Assembly (NCBI GenBank): GCA_964447495.1
Contig: CAYUTF010000012.1
Coordinates: 40,271-50,842 of the forward strand
Direction: 5' to 3'
Length of the DNA: 10,572 nucleotides
Origin: an uncultured archaeon
Lineage (GTDB): Archaea > Asgardarchaeota > Lokiarchaeia > Sigyniarchaeales > SOKP01
Shown here: positions 8,191-10,572 of the stretch, in pieces
Layout: each line of letters begins with the position of its first letter
Numbering within the stretch: position 1 is the first letter of the stretch
Position numbers and translations under genes: made by a program
The notes under the pieces: model-generated
Databases searched by the model: none
What the model was told of the DNA's origin: nothing
Seen by the model: only the letters and a program-made list of their open reading frames with translations

Positions 8191-8316
8191 TTATTCTTCT
8201 TTCTTCTTTTTCGTTAAATCAGTTAAAATATTCCAAGTACTTTTTACTCCTAAATTCTTTAATTTTTCTCTTTCTTGTTCTAAATCTTTATTATTATTCT
8301 TTTTATCGTCACTCAT
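8191..8316 (-). CDS. Hypothetical 41-aa protein (not in the ORF track)
   Basis: ATG 8316 to TAA 8191: MSDDKKNNNKDLEQEREKLKNLGVKSTWNILTDLTKKKKEE. It sits in the middle of an otherwise empty, very AT-rich gap and has coding-like purine skew. Confidence 0.55.
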   Translation of the reverse strand: MSDDKKNNNKDLEQEREKLKNLGVKSTWNILTDLTKKKKEE

Positions 8317-8475
8317 TATAATGAATTATTTCTATTTTATTAAAGGAAAAAATTATTTTAATAATTAAATAACATAATCTTGTTTTAAATTTAGGCTAAA
8401 TATTATTAATACAAATTTATATATCAATACTAAAATCATATATTTTTATCAACCCTATTTTAAAGTAGTTGAATT

Positions 8476-9468
8476 ATGCCAATTTGTTATCATTGTGGAC
8501 AACAAACTTCAGAAGATTATTATTGTAGTAAATGTGGGCAGAGTTATTGTTCATTACATAAGGATCCTATCGATCACGAGTGCAATCTTTTACTAGAGAG
8601 TTTAAGATTACAACAAGTACCATTAGATTCCGCATATATTACTAATTCACAAACAATACCTACAATTTCATCTCAAGAATATACATCTCACACTGATTCT
8701 GTTATCAGGGGTACAACTGATGGAACGTATACATGGTATCGTCAAGAAAAACAAATTCCTGAAGATGCATTTAGTCCAGAATCAGGAATAAGCTTTAAAG
8801 GAATTTTACTCGCCCATAAGTCAGAATTACTTCATTTTATTATTGGGGGAAGCTTAATCTTTATAATTGGCTTAATCGCATTTTGGGATGCCCAATTATT
8901 TGTCTTAGGATATGGTTGGGCTTTATTTATGCTTGCGGGCTTTTATACAACAGCTTTTCTTTTTCATGAATTTGGGCATCGCCAAGTTGCGTTACATTTT
9001 GGACTACAAACAAAATTTAGACTTCTTACATTTGGGATGTTATTAACCCTAATAGGTTTATTTACTGGATTATTTAGTTTAATCTCAAATTCTCCCGCGA
9101 TTCCCTCTCTTGCGCTTCCAGGAGCAGTAGTAGTTTTAGGGTTAGATAAGGTTAATAGAAAAACAGGATTATGCAAGGCAGCAGGTCCCATTGTAAACTT
9201 AATATACGGAACGATATTACTAATGATCTCATTTCTTATTCCTCCGATAATATATCCTTTGAATTACTTTTTTGCGCTTGCCGCTTATTTAAATTATATG
9301 CTAGGAACATTTAATATGATACCCTTAGGGATTTTAGATGGCCAAAATATTTTCAAGTGGAATAAAAAAGTATATTTTATATTAATGGCAAGTCTGGGAA
9401 TCTTCTTAATTATTAGTGGTATACTTGTATATACTCCATTAGGAACCTCGCTTTATTTTCCTCTTTAA
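8476..9468 (+). CDS. AN1-type zinc finger fused to an M50 (site-2 protease) intramembrane metalloprotease
   Basis: CYHC...CSKCGQSYCSLH...HEC, a Ser/Thr-rich linker, then FHEFGH, AAGPIVNL and FNMIPLGILDG within several TM segments. Confidence 0.9.
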   Translation: MPICYHCGQQTSEDYYCSKCGQSYCSLHKDPIDHECNLLLESLRLQQVPLDSAYITNSQTIPTISSQEYTSHTDSVIRGTTDGTYTWYRQEKQIPEDAFSPESGISFKGILLAHKSELLHFIIGGSLIFIIGLIAFWDAQLFVLGYGWALFMLAGFYTTAFLFHEFGHRQVALHFGLQTKFRLLTFGMLLTLIGLFTGLFSLISNSPAIPSLALPGAVVVLGLDKVNRKTGLCKAAGPIVNLIYGTILLMISFLIPPIIYPLNYFFALAAYLNYMLGTFNMIPLGILDGQNIFKWNKKVYFILMASLGIFLIISGILVYTPLGTSLYFPL

Positions 9469-9619
9469 TTAAACGTACTAAGGCAATTATTTGAAATTAA
9501 CCTAAAAAGTTATCAAGGATAATATTTTTAATATTAAATAATCATTAAAGTATATTTTTGAGTAAATTTTTTTCAGATTAGGGAATTATCAATTGAAATT
9601 GTAGTTGATTTTATAACTT

Positions 9620-10525
9620 ATGCCATTCTGTGAGACTTGCGGAGAAGAGATTGGATATCTCCCTTTTAAGTGTAAATATTGTGGAGGAGTGTTTTGTAAG
9701 AAGCATAGATTACCTGAAAATCATCATTGCTCTTTTGAATTAAAACATTCCCCTATTGTACCTATTATGAGAAGGGGTTCTAGTAAAAATCTCCCCACTA
9801 GTTCAGAATCTCGTAAATCTTCATACAAAGCGCCCAGAAGTATAAAGAAGTATATGAAAAGGCAAGATAAGCAGAAGATAAAGACGATTAGAGATTTTGA
9901 AAACTATAAAGAAAGAAAAACAAAAGGAACTAGCTATTTAATCGTTTCAATTTTTATATTTTCCTTAGTTACTTTTGTGTATCCAATTTATTTAACTCTT
10001 AGTAGTTTGAGTTTCTTAAACTTATGGTTATGGACTTTTATTACATCGTTCTTTGTTAGCTACACCGAAGATTTATTTGGTCTATTCTTTTTAATAATTC
10101 TAATAATCTTATTTTATGTAATGATAAAAAATCTAGAACGCACTTTTGGAACGAAATTTTTATTAAAATTATATTTTATCTGCGGTTTCTTAACTGGATT
10201 ATTTTATACGTTAATATGGTTAATATTGCAATCATTTTATTTTGATATTATTATAATTCCTATTGGTTTAGCCTCGGGAGCTTTATTAGGCGTTATTAGT
10301 TTTATGATTTTTTTAAATTTAAATACCGAGATGACCTTTTTGTTATTTTTTATGCCAATAAGAATGAAAGGAAGGAGTATTATAATTTTTTTAGTACTAT
10401 TGAATTTAATTCCAGGTATTTTATTAGCGATTGGCAATCCTTTATATTTATTAGTTTATCTTCCAGATTTGGGAGGCGTTTTGGCTTCTTATCTTGTTTA
10501 TTTTTTCAAATATAAACCCCGATAA
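9620..10525 (+). CDS. AN1-type zinc finger fused to a rhomboid-fold membrane domain, probably catalytically inactive
   Basis: CETC...PFKCKYCGGVFCKKHRLPENHHC; rhomboid hallmarks LWTFITSFF, LERTFGTKFLLKLYFICG, GLASGALLGV, FFMPIRMK, PDLGG. Confidence 0.82.
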   Translation: MPFCETCGEEIGYLPFKCKYCGGVFCKKHRLPENHHCSFELKHSPIVPIMRRGSSKNLPTSSESRKSSYKAPRSIKKYMKRQDKQKIKTIRDFENYKERKTKGTSYLIVSIFIFSLVTFVYPIYLTLSSLSFLNLWLWTFITSFFVSYTEDLFGLFFLIILIILFYVMIKNLERTFGTKFLLKLYFICGFLTGLFYTLIWLILQSFYFDIIIIPIGLASGALLGVISFMIFLNLNTEMTFLLFFMPIRMKGRSIIIFLVLLNLIPGILLAIGNPLYLLVYLPDLGGVLASYLVYFFKYKPR

Positions 10526-10572
10526 GCTAATGTTATATTCATAAGAAAAAATTCCGAAATTAATATGAAGGA

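Noticed and set aside
1564-9619. C/D box guide RNA in intergenic regions or in the rnhB insert
   Set aside because: I saw no RUGAUGA/CUGA pair at suitable spacing by eye, and the 30-nt insert is too short.
1966-10437. Short antisense ORFs (1966-2148, 2943-3200, 3074-3403, 3710-4039, 4763-5032, 6704-6901, 8964-9191, 10237-10437)
   Set aside because: All lie opposite well-supported genes and have no recognisable motifs.

Overview
Strongly AT-rich archaeal chromosomal window. An Asgard/Lokiarchaeia-like origin is my inference from protein style and gene content, not something proven here. Left to right it carries pyrK (partial) and pyrD, divergent nop5 and fibrillarin, RNase HII, a COG1395-type HTH regulator, an HTH-CBS regulator divergent from archaeal SAM synthetase, three small proteins (zinc ribbon, LITAF-like, an unannotated 41-aa ORF), and two tandem AN1-zinc-finger membrane proteins (an M50/site-2 protease and an apparently inactive rhomboid). 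The main finding is that rnhB is interrupted inside its catalytic DEAGR/GP motif by a 30-nt insertion with an in-frame TAG. The pre-mRNA can fold into a bulge-helix-bulge whose predicted cuts restore the motif exactly, so this is a candidate archaeal mRNA intron.
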